A stretch of DNA of 64,000 bases. It comes from Amphiscolops sp. MND2022. Lineage: Eukaryota. Numbering within the stretch: the first letter of the stretch is position 1; every line of letters starts with the position of its first letter. The notes beneath the pieces are model-generated. The model was not told where the DNA came from. It worked only from the letters and a program-made list of their open reading frames with translations, and ran no database searches. The position numbers and the translations under genes are program-made. Positions 12,272-25,300 of the stretch are shown piece by piece. The DNA lies in assembly GCA_964187785.1 (NCBI GenBank), contig OZ076409.1, positions 74,588,001-74,652,000 of the forward strand, read 5' to 3'.

Positions 12272-13342
12272 GTGGAATTGGGTTATGACAAACTCATTTT
12301 TCGAGGTTGGGGTAGGGCCCACAACCGAGCCCTAATTTCATTTGCTACTGTACCGAAACCCCCCCTGAAAAATCACGATCTTTTAAATGAGCCCTACGAT
12401 TTCGATGAAACTTTGCATGAGGCAAGAAAAAAAAATTCTAAGAATTTTTTCTTGCTGACACTTTTTCGAAAAAACGGTCCTTAATGGTTTTTTTGGCACT
12501 TTTTTGTTGAAATTTAGTGCATTTTGTGCATTATTCGTGAGTAACGTGAATAAAAATGAATGTGCTCAGAATTGGACCATATTATATGTGAATACTCAGC
12601 ACAGTTATGCGATTTCATTTTCATGTCGCGGCACGTCGCTCCGACTCTCGAGAGTTAGTTATGACAGGATGAAAAAATACAAATGAGTGCCAAAAAAACG
12701 AGGTAGGAAATTTTTTTTAAAATTATGTTTTCGAACAAAAATGTGAATAATTTTTTTTCACATGACAAAAAAAAGTACGAAAAAAAGTACGAAAACAAGT
12801 ACGAGAAAAAGTACGAAAAAAATAGGATAATTTTTTTTTGAAAAAAAAACAATTTTTTGGAATATTTTTTTCACCGTACAGGACCTAATTAGTACCGTAG
12901 AATTCATTTTATGCATTGCCCAGTTGCTCTTCTATTGTTTTGTAGCGCTGACAACTTATTTGAGGTTTGTGTAGCAAAGTATGTTCAGCAAAGTTTAAAG
13001 GGAGGAACCATATAGTTTATTTTAAGTCAACTCTATTATATTTCACACTGCTGTTAACCAAAATTAACTCTTGCGGTCGTCTCATGGTCCCGGAGTGGTC
13101 CATGAGACAGACGCAATGGCAAAACACAAAGGTCCAAGTGATGATTAGTCGTAGTGTCACATGTGATCCTGCATGTGACGGCTGTATATAGGTTGGAGCT
13201 GTTTTTCTTTTTCGAAACTTTCGCATTGGCAATATGTCTTTTAATGTCTTAGTTGCGATGTTATTACCTTCATCGAGTACGTTCTCCTAACACTCTTAAC
13301 CCAACTCGCTAGACTAATGGCAGTGGACGGACACGAGTCTAG
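12272..13342 (+). mobile_element. Unit 10: array-type head (~250 bp) fused to ~800 bp not found elsewhere in the window, ending in GAGTCTAG
   Basis: GTGG head with the GGGTAGGGCCC and GATCT..CGATTT motifs, then unique sequence with its own hairpins; precise CTAG|GTG junction. Confidence 0.7.
12767..12822 (+). repeat. Short tandem repeat (AAAAAAGTACGA-like x4)
   Basis: Four AAGTACGA cores at ~12-nt period. Confidence 0.8.
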
Positions 13343-16300
13343 GTGGCCGTGTCTTTTCGACGTGCTTTTGCATTGAGGAGTGGGTAGGGCCCCGCGACGA
13401 CCTAGAAGAATTGGATGCTCACCGAAACGTGCAGAATTCTACGAGATCTCATAGTTTGAGCCATACGATTTTTCTGAAATTTGGCATGTGGCCTGGAATT
13501 GGTGAGTAGGTAAAACGTGTAGGAGGTGATTTTTCCCAAATTCCACTGTGAGACGAGATATGGGCAAATAACGGTCCCAAAAATGGCAAAAATGCACTTT
13601 TTTCAACTTTGTCAGCCCATATCTCTTTTCCAGGTGCCCGTAGCGTTCCGCACGTGGACATCAATATTGCTCAGCGCTGTCGGAGGAGTGCGTGGACAAA
13701 TTTTGGTTTAAATCGGACTTAAACTTGACGAGAAATTAACGGTTTTTTGGGCGTTTCCGGGGTAAATTTTTTAACGGTCCAGCTTATCTTTGCCATTTTT
13801 TCGAAACTGTACATGCCTAAAGGCCTCCCCCTGGCCGAATTTACTCCCAGCAAACCCATTTGGCCCTAAATACGGAGTTTCAGCGTTCCAGCATTCCGGG
13901 GCGGAAAGTTGTGGGACTTGGAAAAATTTCAAAATTTTTTCAAAAAATTTTTTTCCCGTTTTCCGGGCCCCCAATGAAGGGGAACGACCCCCCAACCAGT
14001 ATTTTGAGTGAATTCATGTGGAACGCCCATGTTTGGCGGTGAAAAATGCCGTTTAGAACATCTTTTTATCTTAACTTGACATTGACTTATGACGTTTTGA
14101 ATGTGATGTTAGGATATATGAAGCATGTTAAAAGTTGAAGTTTTGAGTCTTTATCTCATCGGAAAACCATTGAGATACAAGCATTTTTGCTAAAAACGAT
14201 TTTCATTGTAGGTTAGCAGAGTATTAGTACACTTTGATGTCATTTGAGTATTTTTTTCTTCTATATAATAACTGTTTTTATGTATTTATTCCAATTTATC
14301 TCATCTTTTAACATCAAGCAGTTGAGTACATTTCATCTCCCTTTCGGGGGAGATGAGAATGTACTCGCTAAAAACTTAATGCTATGGCGCCAATGTTTGG
14401 ATGGGAAGTTTTCTATGCTTTGAAAAAAGTTATTTTTAATTACTTGATTTTTTAAAACAATAATTAACATGAAGTACATTACTTGCTCCTACTACTACCA
14501 CCATACATCTCTAACGTCAACGCCCCCTGCTTGCATCAACGCCCCATCGTCCGTGGGCATGCCGAGGCATGCCCTTCGACGACGTATGCCAAATGCCCAG
14601 TGCCACGCAGTCTTTCCCCGCTAGGTGGCCGGAAATTTTTTTTTCATCAAAATCTTTGCCATTGGGGGAGGGGCCCCGGATGGCCAGTAGTACGGGATAG
14701 CTCCCTACAGAATCCAGGCGGAAAAAACGTGATTTCGGAAACTAGCCGTCAGAATTTGCTCAAAATTTGCATACGGCTTCCTATAACAATCCTAAGAACT
14801 AATCCCTACTGGCATTTTGCCCGAAAAACGCAAAAAGTTGGTCAAAATCTCAGTTTTTTGGTCAAAAAATAGCGTTTTTTCGAAAAAAAAATTTTTCAGA
14901 GACAATTACTCGTAACTGGTTCACCCAGCGCAAAAACGCCTAGCTGATTTATTGTTAGGCACTTCATGAGGAGTGCGTATACAAATTTTCGTCCAAATCG
15001 GATAAAAGTGGATTGAGAAATAACTGAAAATTTGAGGCAATTTTTTGGAATTTTTTGAAATCCCAGTCTATCTCTGCCGTTTTTTGCCCAGATTTTTTTC
15101 CAGGACCTCTCCTAAAGGCCTCCCCTGGCCGGTTTACCTCCCAGAAAAACCATTTGGCCCTAAATACGGAGTTTCAGCGTTCTAGCATTCCCGGGCGAAA
15201 AGATGTGGGACTTAGAAAAAATTCAAAATTTTTCAAAAAATTTTTTTTGCGTTTTCCGGCCCCCCAATGAAGGGGAACGACCCCCCAACTAGGATTTTTG
15301 GTCAATCCATGTGAAAAGGCCTTGTTTAGTGGAGCAAATTGCCGTTTAGAGCGACTTTTTATCTTAACTTGACGTTGACCTCTGTCGTTTTGAATTTGAA
15401 ATTAGTATGTGTTGAGCATGTGAAAAGTTGATGATTTCAGTTGTTCTCTCGTGTTCAAGCCATTGAGATACAAGCGGTAGTGATCAAAATGTGATTTATC
15501 GCAATTTGGTTGTGCTTTTGGTGTATTTTGATTCTTTTGAATAAAAAGTTGTTCTTTATATATTTGGTGTATTGATTCAAATGAACAAGAAACAGTTGAG
15601 TACATTTCATCTCCCCCCTTGTGGGGGAGATGAGTATGTACCCGCTAAATGACACGCACAATGGCCCAATTTTACTTTTATGCGACGTTTACTAGGCTTT
15701 TGCGCAAGCCCACTAATACTTAGACTGGTTTCCTTTTCTTTTACTCCAAAATTTTCCGTACTAACCACCTTACGCACCACCAGCTCATCGTAACATCTGT
15801 AACGCCAACGCCACATACTCTCACTAACGCCCACCGTCCGTGGGCATGCCGAGGCATGCCCTTCGACGACGTATGCCAAATAGCGCCACAGGGCGCCCAA
15901 TTTTGTCTAGGTGGCCGCGTCTTTTGTCGAACTTTGACCATGGAGGCGCGGGTAGGGTCCTGCGCCGACTTAGTGCCTTTACTATGATACAAAAATAGGT
16001 ACCTGAGTAAACGATCTCGAAGATGAGCCGTCAGAAATTCCTGAAAATTTGCATGTGGCCCCCAATTGGCGAGCATATGAAAAGTGTAGGAGGTCATTTT
16101 TCCCAATTTCCACTGTGAGACGAGATAAACGCGAAAAATGAGGTAAAAAATGGACCCATTTTTGATAAATTTTGCAATATCTCGTTCCAGAGGCATCGGA
16201 GGTACCGTATACCTGACGTAGAAAATGCTCGGCATGTGAAGGGGGTTACGTGGACAAATTTTCGTCCAAATCGGATAAAAATTGACAGAGTAATAACAAA

Positions 16301-19300
16301 TTTTTTTGTGCATTTTGGCGACTTTTTCAGAAAACCCAGTTTATCTCTGCCGTTTTTTGCCCAGATTTTTTTCTAGAACCTCTCCTAAAGGCCTCCCCTG
16401 GCCGGTTTACCTCCCAAAAAAACCATTTGGCCCTAAATACGAGGTTTCAGCGTTCCAGCATTATCGGGCGAAATTTTATATGACTTAGAAAATTTTCAAA
16501 AATTTTCAAATTTTTTCTAAAAAAGTTCAGGCCGCCCAAAGTGAAGAAACTTCCACACAACTAGTATTGCAAGTGAATGCATGTGGAAAGCCCTGCACTT
16601 GACAAGAAAAATGCCGTTTAGAACGTCTTTTTATCTTAACTTGATGTTGACTTATGATCTTTTGAGTAGCGTATAACACGTGATCACAGTAGTGAAAACC
16701 CTAATTTTCAATAATTTTCAAACAATAACGCATGAAAAGAACCTGGAAAAGGTTCCGATGGGTCAGTTGGGATGTCTGAAGCATGTGTACATTCCCGTAG
16801 TGTATAGCGGAGCTATTTGGGACTTATAAGAAATTGTGATAAATTTTATACAAGTCTTTGTTTCTCTTAGAATCTTATGCCGTTGAGTACATTCCATCTC
16901 CCTCTCAGGGGAGATGTGAATGTACGTTTGCCAAATGCCTTGTAACGTTCACAATTTTGATGGATTCAAATAGTTCAACAAGTGTGATTTGCGTTTGCCG
17001 AACCACTGCGACAAAATATCCTAAATCTATAGCGAGATTGTATGGTTTTTGTCTTTAGTGTTTCGACTTGTGTAGCCGACTTCCACATCCAAATATCAAC
17101 GCCCGCCGTCCGTAGGCATGCCGAGGCATGCCTTTCGACGACCTATGCCAAATACCCAATGCCACGCTGTCGTTATCGCTAGGTGGCCGCGTCTTTTAGA
17201 TGGACTTTTAGCCCTGAGGCGCGGGTAGGGTCCTGCGCCGACCTGGTGAAAATATACTCCTGGCAAATGGCCCGAATCGGAGACGATCTCAAAACTGGCC
17301 CGTACGATTTTCCTGAAAATTTGCATGTGGCCCCCAATTGGCGAGCAATGAAAAAGTGTAGGAGGTCATTTTCTCCTGGTTTCATTGTGAGACGAGATAT
17401 ATGAAAAAAACGGACCCCAAAATGACGAAATTTTCACTTTTTGACCAAAAATGTGACATTATCTCCTCAGACAGGGCTCGGAGCACAATTTTTCAGGACC
17501 CAAACCTGCAGCAGACTGTTAGAGCAGTGCACACAGTAAGTTTGAAGGAAATCGGATAATCACATGTTGAGAAATTGACGATTTTCCGACAAATTTTTTT
17601 GCATTTGCAGTCTATCTCTGCCGTTTTTTGCCCAAAATTTTTTCGAGACCCTCTCCTAAAGACCTCCCCTGGCCGGTTTACCTCCCAAAAAAACCATTTG
17701 GCCCTAAATACGAAGTTTCAGCGTTCTAGCATTCCCCAGTGAAAAGTTATGGGACTTAGAACTTTTTCAAAAATTTTCAAAATTTTTCTAAAAAAGTTCA
17801 GGCCGCCCAAAGTGAAGAAACTTCCACACAACTAGTATTGCAAGTGAATGCATGTGGAAAGCCCTGCACTTGACGAGAAAAATGCCGTTTAGAACGTCTT
17901 TTTATCTTAACTTGATGTTGACTTATGATCTTTTGAGTAGCGTATAACACGTGATCACAGTAGTGAAAATCCTAATTTTCAAAAATTTTCAAACAATAAC
18001 GCAGGAAAAGAACCTGGAAAAGGTTCCGATGGGTCAGTTGGGATGTCTGAAGCATGTGTACATTCCCGTAGTGTATAGCGGATGTATTTGGGACTTATTA
18101 GAAATTGTGATATATTTTATACAAGTCTTTGTTTCTCTTAGAATCTTATGCAGTTGAGTACATTCCATCTCCCTCTCAGGGGAGATGTGAATGTACGTTT
18201 GCCAAATGCCTTGTAAAGCTCACAATTTTGATGGATTCAAATAACTAAACAAGTGTGATTTGCGTTTGCCGAACCACTGCGACAAAATATCCTAAATCTA
18301 TAGCGAGATTGAATGGTTTTTGTCTTTAGTGTTTCTTCTTGTATAGCCGACTTCCACATCCAATTATCAACGCCCGCCGTCCGTAGGCATGCCGAGGCAT
18401 GCCTTTCGACGACGTATGCCAAATACCATATGCCACGCTGTCATTATCGCTAGGTGGCCGGGTATTTTTTTTTACTCGTATATGACGTTTGCGAGGCTTT
18501 GGGGAGGGCCCCGTGCCGAGCCTGTTATCCGAAATTCACCACTACCAGATCTGGTATAAATAATCGAGATCTCAAAAACTATCCATAAGAATTCTCTGAA
18601 ATTTTGCATGTGGCTCCTAATCAATGAGTAATGAAAAAGTGTAGGAGTGACTGTCGCTGAAAAAATTGTCTTTGTTGCACTTTTTGCGCAATTTTTGTCG
18701 CATTGTTGCGTTTTTTATGTCATTTTCCACTTTGGAGGCAAAAAACTCATAGATGCTTTGTTCCTAGCGTACCAAGTGTGGGGCACGAAAAGTTGCAGCA
18801 TCTTCAATTACGTATGCTGAGAAAATTCGATTGCCCTCGGCTTACCCCCCACAGAGATAGAGGGGTGCTTCCGGTTATTTTTGACCGCTAAATTTCGGAA
18901 ATTGGTAATTTTCGTAACGAAGCTGTAGGTTTAGCGTGTCCACCCCCTTCTGAAGTATTGTTAGGCATTTTGAGATGGATCCGATGACATGCGTTCAGTT
19001 CACCCCCATCACCCCCTGGACCGGAAATAAACTTTTTTGTGACCTTTCAGACCGGAAGTTTCAATTTTCAACGGTAAGGAGTCCTTGTACGAGCAACTAG
19101 CAGGGCATCAAAATTGAAGTACAATGTGGGGTGAGCCTAGTTACCACGTGTTGCCCAGTCATGGGTACCGCCATGACCGGAAATGGGGTCAAAACCCCCC
19201 AATTGGTCGTTTTTTTATCAGTTGGACTAGTGTTTGGTCCACATACAAGTCGGCTAATGCAATTTAACCAGTGTGAGCATAAACTACACGTTCACGTGCG

Positions 19301-22300
19301 TAGCCGTAAATGACACTGACAGATACCGGAAGTAACCGGAAGTAACCCGCTGTGACCGGAAGTTGTCAATTTTGACCGGAAATGGTCCAAAAAGTAGCGT
19401 AAAAGCAGTTTTTCATTAGTTTTAGAGGTATTTCTTTTCAATTTTTCTACGCTGATTGCTTTTTTCTACTCACAAAGCTAAGATCGTGGCTTGTTTGGCT
19501 AAAGTTCTGAAGAATGATCACCTTTATCACCCCCGATAGCCTTTCAAGTTGACCTTGGGTCAATCTTGAAGGCTATCTGTTCTGAAAACGAAAAATAGGA
19601 AAATTTTGTTTTTCTTATTTTCCTTGATAATTTCCCTTAATTAATTTTGTTAAGCAAATCCTTTTGTTCAACTGAATGATCTGAAAATTGTTCAGAGGTG
19701 TCACCCTGGCAAGGTTTATTTGACGTTGAAGTAAACTGAGAATGAGGGTAGTATTAGACAACATCACACACACTTACCAACGCCCACCGTCTGTGGGCAT
19801 GCCGAGGCATGCCCTTCGACGACGTATGCCAAATAGCGCCACAGGGCGTCCCTATTTGCTAGGTGCCGGGATTTCTATTCGTTCAAGGAAGTTGCGCGTG
19901 TGGGTAGGGCCCCTGGCGCGCTCTTGTGTTTTGGGTTCTCCTACTCCTAATTCACACCCCAGATTTCTCGGATCTCGTAAACTATCCATACGATTTGGCT
20001 GAAATTTGGCACACAGCTCCGTTGGAACATTGTAAGAACAAATCCCTACTGACGTTTTGCCCGCTAAACATTTTTTGTTGGTCAAAAATGCGATTTTCCG
20101 ACAAAATTTTTGACTTTTTTTTCTTTTTCAACTCATATCTCGCCACAGGGCCACGCTAGCGCTTTGCAACCTATGATCCTTTTTTGTAGGGCATTGCATG
20201 TAGAACACGTATGCCAAATTTGGTGGCGATCGGACTTAAACTCGAGGAGATATAACGATTTTTTAGGTGCATTTTTTGACATTTTTTGCATTTGTCGATT
20301 TATCTTTGCCGTTTTTTGCCCAGATTTTTTTTGAGACACTCTCCTAAAGACCTCCCCTGGCCGGTTTACCTCCCAGCAAAACCATTTGGCCCTAAATACG
20401 AAGTTTCAGCGTTCTAGCATTCCCGGGCGAAAAGTTGTGGGACTTAGAAAAATTTTTTGGAAACGCAAAATGTGTAAAGTCAACTTCAGGCCTCCCAAAG
20501 TCAAGGAACTTCCACACAACTAGGATTGCAAGTGGATGCATGTGGAAAGTATTGGGTTAGACGAGAAAAATGAGCTATAGAACGACTCTGTAGCTTAACC
20601 TGACGTTGACTTTTGATGTTTTGAGTGTGTGCTTGCTAAGGGGTCCGAAATTGAAAATTTTTAAAGAAAATTAATATCGTTAAAAATTCATCGGAATGCC
20701 TGCAATATACAGTAGAGCGTGTTCAATTGTAGCTGACTAATGCATCAACGCTGTTCAAGGTCTTTTAACTCAGTTTAAAAATTTTTTACTTTGTATTATC
20801 CATCCGAGAGATCGAAACAGTTGAGTACATTCCATCTCCCTCCCGGGGGAGATGAGAATGTACTCGCTAAAGTCCAGATACCACAGCCCATATTTGTTTC
20901 TCTGCAAAGCCATCTATGCTACTGCACATAACTACTAATCTTAAGACTGAATTTTGCCTTCACTTTGACTTGACATATGCTGAAGGTTTGATCCTTTCAC
21001 ACATCATCATTACCTGAACAAAACAACCCTAACATCAACGCTCCACACTCATATCAACGCCCACCGTCCGTGGGCATGCCGAGGCATGCCCTTCGACGAC
21101 GTATAGCAAACAAACGCGGTAGCCGCTAGGTGCCGGGATTTCTATTCGTTCGAGTATGTGGCGCGTGTGGGTAGGGCCCCTGGCGCGCTCTTGTGTTTGG
21201 GGGTTTCCTACTTCTAAATCACGTTCAGATTTCCGGGATCTCGTAAACTATCCATACGATTTGGCTGAAATTTGGCACACGTACCCCCCTCGGCACGGTG
21301 AAGATGATTTCCTACTGACGTTTTTCCCGCTAAACATTTTTTGTTGACCAAAATAACGGTTTTTGGTGGAAAATTTTTGATTTTTTTTAAATTTTATCTT
21401 ATATCTCGCCACGGGTCCACGCTAGCGCTTCCAAACCTTGCTGACGAAACCTCGCAAACTGTCTCAGGAATGCTGTGTGAAATTTTCAGCTCAATCGGAT
21501 TTAAACTCGGGGAGATATAGCGTTTTTCCGGAGCGGGGGGGTTTCATTTTTCTAACGGTCCAGCTTATCTTTGCCATTTTTTCGAAAATGCACTCGCCTA
21601 AAGGCCTCCCCTGGCCGGTTTTACTCCCAAAAAAACCATTTGGCCCTAAATACGGAGTTTCAGCGTTCTAGCATTCCGGGGCGAAAAGTTGTGGTACTTA
21701 GTAAATTTCAAAAATTTTCAAAAATTTTTTTTTCGTTATTTGGGCCCCCAAAGTGGGGGAAAAGACCCCCCAACCAGTAATTTGAGTGAATTCATGTGGA
21801 AAGGCCATGTTTAGCGGCGAAAAATGCTTTTTAGATCGTCTTTTTATTTTAACCTGTTGTTGACTTATGTTGTTTTGAAGGTGATGTTTGGATGTGTGAA
21901 GCATGTGAAAAGGTAATTTTTTGTGTCTTTATCTCTTCTAAAAGCCATTGAGATGCAATCTGTTTTGCTCAAAACGTAATTCAATGCAATTTGGCAGTCA
22001 ATGAACACAATTTGGTGTCTTTTGTTATATTTTTCTGTTGATATAATAAAAGATTTTGTGTCTTTATTAATTTTTTTTAAATAAAATAACTTGAAACAGT
22101 TGAGTACATTCCATCCCCCCCTTCCGGGGGAGATGGAAATGTACTCGCTAAAAGCCGCGAACAAGAGCCCATACCTTCCTGCGCTACGCAGTATAAAGAT
22201 TGCATGTTGGTTCCGACTTTTTGGTAGTGTTATATCTTGGTAATTTGACTGAATATGGAGAAAAATCAGCAAGTGCTCTTTTATAGCAAATTGCTGACAA

Positions 22301-25300
22301 CGACAATTTTTTTATATCAACGCCCCCATATTTATCAACGCCCCCCGTCCGTGGGCATGCCGAGGCATGCCCTTCGACGACGTATACCAAGATATACTCC
22401 CAAGCGCGGTAGCCGCTAGGTGCCGGGATTTCTATTCGATAAAGTATGTGGCGCGCCTTGGGTAGGGTCCCTTGCGCGCTCTTGGGTATGGTGTTCACCA
22501 GCTAGGAAACAGGGGTCGATTTTTCGGGATCTCCTAAACTAGCCACACGATTTGGCTGAAATTTGGCACACGTACTCCCCTCGGCACGGTGAAGATGATT
22601 TCCTACTGACGTTTTTCCCGCAAAATTTTTTTTGTTGTCCAAAATAACGGTTTTTGGGGTAAAATTTTGAATTTTTTTAAATTTTATCTTATATCTCGCC
22701 ACCGGTTTACGCTAGCGCTTCAAAACCCTGCTAAAGAAAGCTTGCAAACTGTCTCAGGAATGCGGTGTGAAATTTTCAGCTCAATCGATCTTAAACTCGG
22801 GGAGATATAGCGTTTTTCCGGAGCGGGGGGGTTTCATTTTTCTAACGGTCCAGCTTATCTTTGCCATTTTTTCGAAAATGCACTCGCCTAAAGGCCTCCC
22901 CTGGCCGGTTTTATTCCCAGCAAAACCATTTGGCCCTAAATACGGAGTTTCAGCGTTCCAGCATTCCCGGGCGAAAAGTTGTGGGACTTAGAAAAGTTCA
23001 AAAATTTTCAAAAAATTTTTTTTCCGTTTTCCGCCCTCCCCCCCGAGGGGAAAAGACCCCCCAACCAGTAATTTGAGTGAATTCATGTGGAAAGGCCATG
23101 TTTAGAGGAGAAAAATACCGTTTAGATCGTCTTTTTATCTTTATTCAACATTGACTTATGACGTTTTGAAGGTGATGTTTGGAGGTGTGAAGCACGTGAA
23201 AACTAAACGTTATGAGTATTCATCTGATCTGAAAGCCATTGAGATGCAACCTGTTTTGCTCAAAACGTAATTCATATCAGTTTGGTAGTCAATCAACACC
23301 CTTTGTTGTCATTTGACATCTTTTTTTGTTGATATAAGAAAAAATTTCGTGTATTTATTCATTTTTTTCTCATCAAATAACTTGAAACAGTTGAGTACAT
23401 TCCATCCCCCCTTCACGGGGGAGATGAGAATGTACTCGCAGAAAGCCCCGAACTACGGCCCTTACCTTCCTGAGCTACGCAGTATAAAGATTGCATATTG
23501 GTTCCGTCATTTTGATAGAGTTATATCTTGGTAATCTGTCTGGGTATGCAGAAAACCATCACGTGCTTTTTTATACCAAGTTGCTCACAACGACATTTAT
23601 TTTATATCAACGCCCCCATATTTATCAACGCCCCCCGTCCGTGGGCATGCCGAGGCATGCCCTTCGACGACGTATACCAAGATATGTTCGAGCGCGTTAG
23701 CCTAGGTGCCGGTGTTTTTTTACACAATGGGGGAAGTTGCGCGTGTGGGGAGGGTCCCTGACGCGCTCCCGGGATTTCGGATTTTTTAACCTTTACGTAC
23801 CCATCAAAAAATTTGGGATCTCGAAAACTAGCCGTACGATTTGGCTGAAATTTGGCACACGTACCCCCCTCGGCACGGTGAAGATGATTCCCTACTGACG
23901 TTTTGCTCGCTAAACATTTTTTGTTGACCAAAATAACGGTTTTTGGGGTAAAATTTTCAACTTTTTTTAAATTTCATCTTATATCTCGCCACGGGTACAC
24001 GCTAGCGCTTCCAAACCTTGCTGACGAAAGTTTGCAAACTGTCTCAGGAATGCTGTGAGAAAATGTCAGCTCAATCGGACTCAAACTCGAGGAGATATAG
24101 CGTTTTTCCGGAGCGGGGGGGTTTCATTTTTCTAACGGTCCAGCTTATCTTTGCCATTTTTTCGAAAATGCACTCGCCTAAAGGCCTCCCCTGGCCGGTT
24201 TTATTCCCAGCAAAACCATTTGGCCCTAAATACGGAGTTTCAGCGTTCCAGCATTCTCGGGCGAAAAGTTGTGGGACTTAGAAAATTTCAAAAATTTTCA
24301 AAAAATTTTTTTTCGTTATTTGGGCCCCCAAAGTGGGGGAAAAGACCCCCCAACCAGTAAATCAAGTGAATGCATGTGGAAAGGCCATGTTTAGAGGAGA
24401 AAAATGCCGTTTAGAACGTCTTTTTATCTTGGCTCAACGTTGACTTATGACGTTTTGAAGGTGATGTTTGGAGGTGTAAAGCAAGTGAATAGTAAACGTT
24501 ATGAGTATTTATCTGATCTGAAAGCCATTGAGATGCAATATGATTGCTCAAAACGTAATTCATTGCAGTTTGGCAATCAATCAACACCCTTTGTTGTCGT
24601 TTGACATACTTTTTTGTTGTTATAATAAAAAATTTTGTGTATTTATTCATTTTTTTCTCATCAAATAACTTGGAACAGTTGAGTACATTCCATCCCCCCC
24701 TTCCGGGGGAGATGAGAATGTACTCGCAAAAAGCACCGAACTACGGCCCTTACCTTCCCGAGCTACGCAGTATAAGGATTACATATTGGTTCCGACATTT
24801 TCATAGAGTTATATCTTGGTAATCTGTCTGGATATGCCGAAAAATCAGCACGTGCCTTTTAATACCAAGTTGCTCACAACGACAATTATTTTATATCAAC
24901 GCCCCCCGTCCGTGGGCATGCCGAGGCATGCCCTTCGACGACCCGCACCAAAATATGCGTTAGCGCGGTAGCTGCTAGGTGGCCGTGTCTTTTCGACGTG
25001 CTTTTGCATTGAGGAGTGGGTAGGGCCCCGCGACGACCTAGAAGAATTGGATGCTCACCGAAACGTGCAGAATTCTACGAGATCTCATAGTTTGAGCCAT
25101 ACGATTTTTCTGAAATTTGGCATGTGGCCTGGAATTGGTGAGTAGGTAAAACGTGTAGAAGGTAATTTTTCCCAAATTCCACTGTGAGACGAGATATGGG
25201 CAAATAACGGTCCCAAAAATGGCAAAAATGCACTTTTTTCAACTTTGTCAGCCCATATCTCGTTCCCAGGTGCCCGGAGCGGGACGCGTTAAGCTGATTA

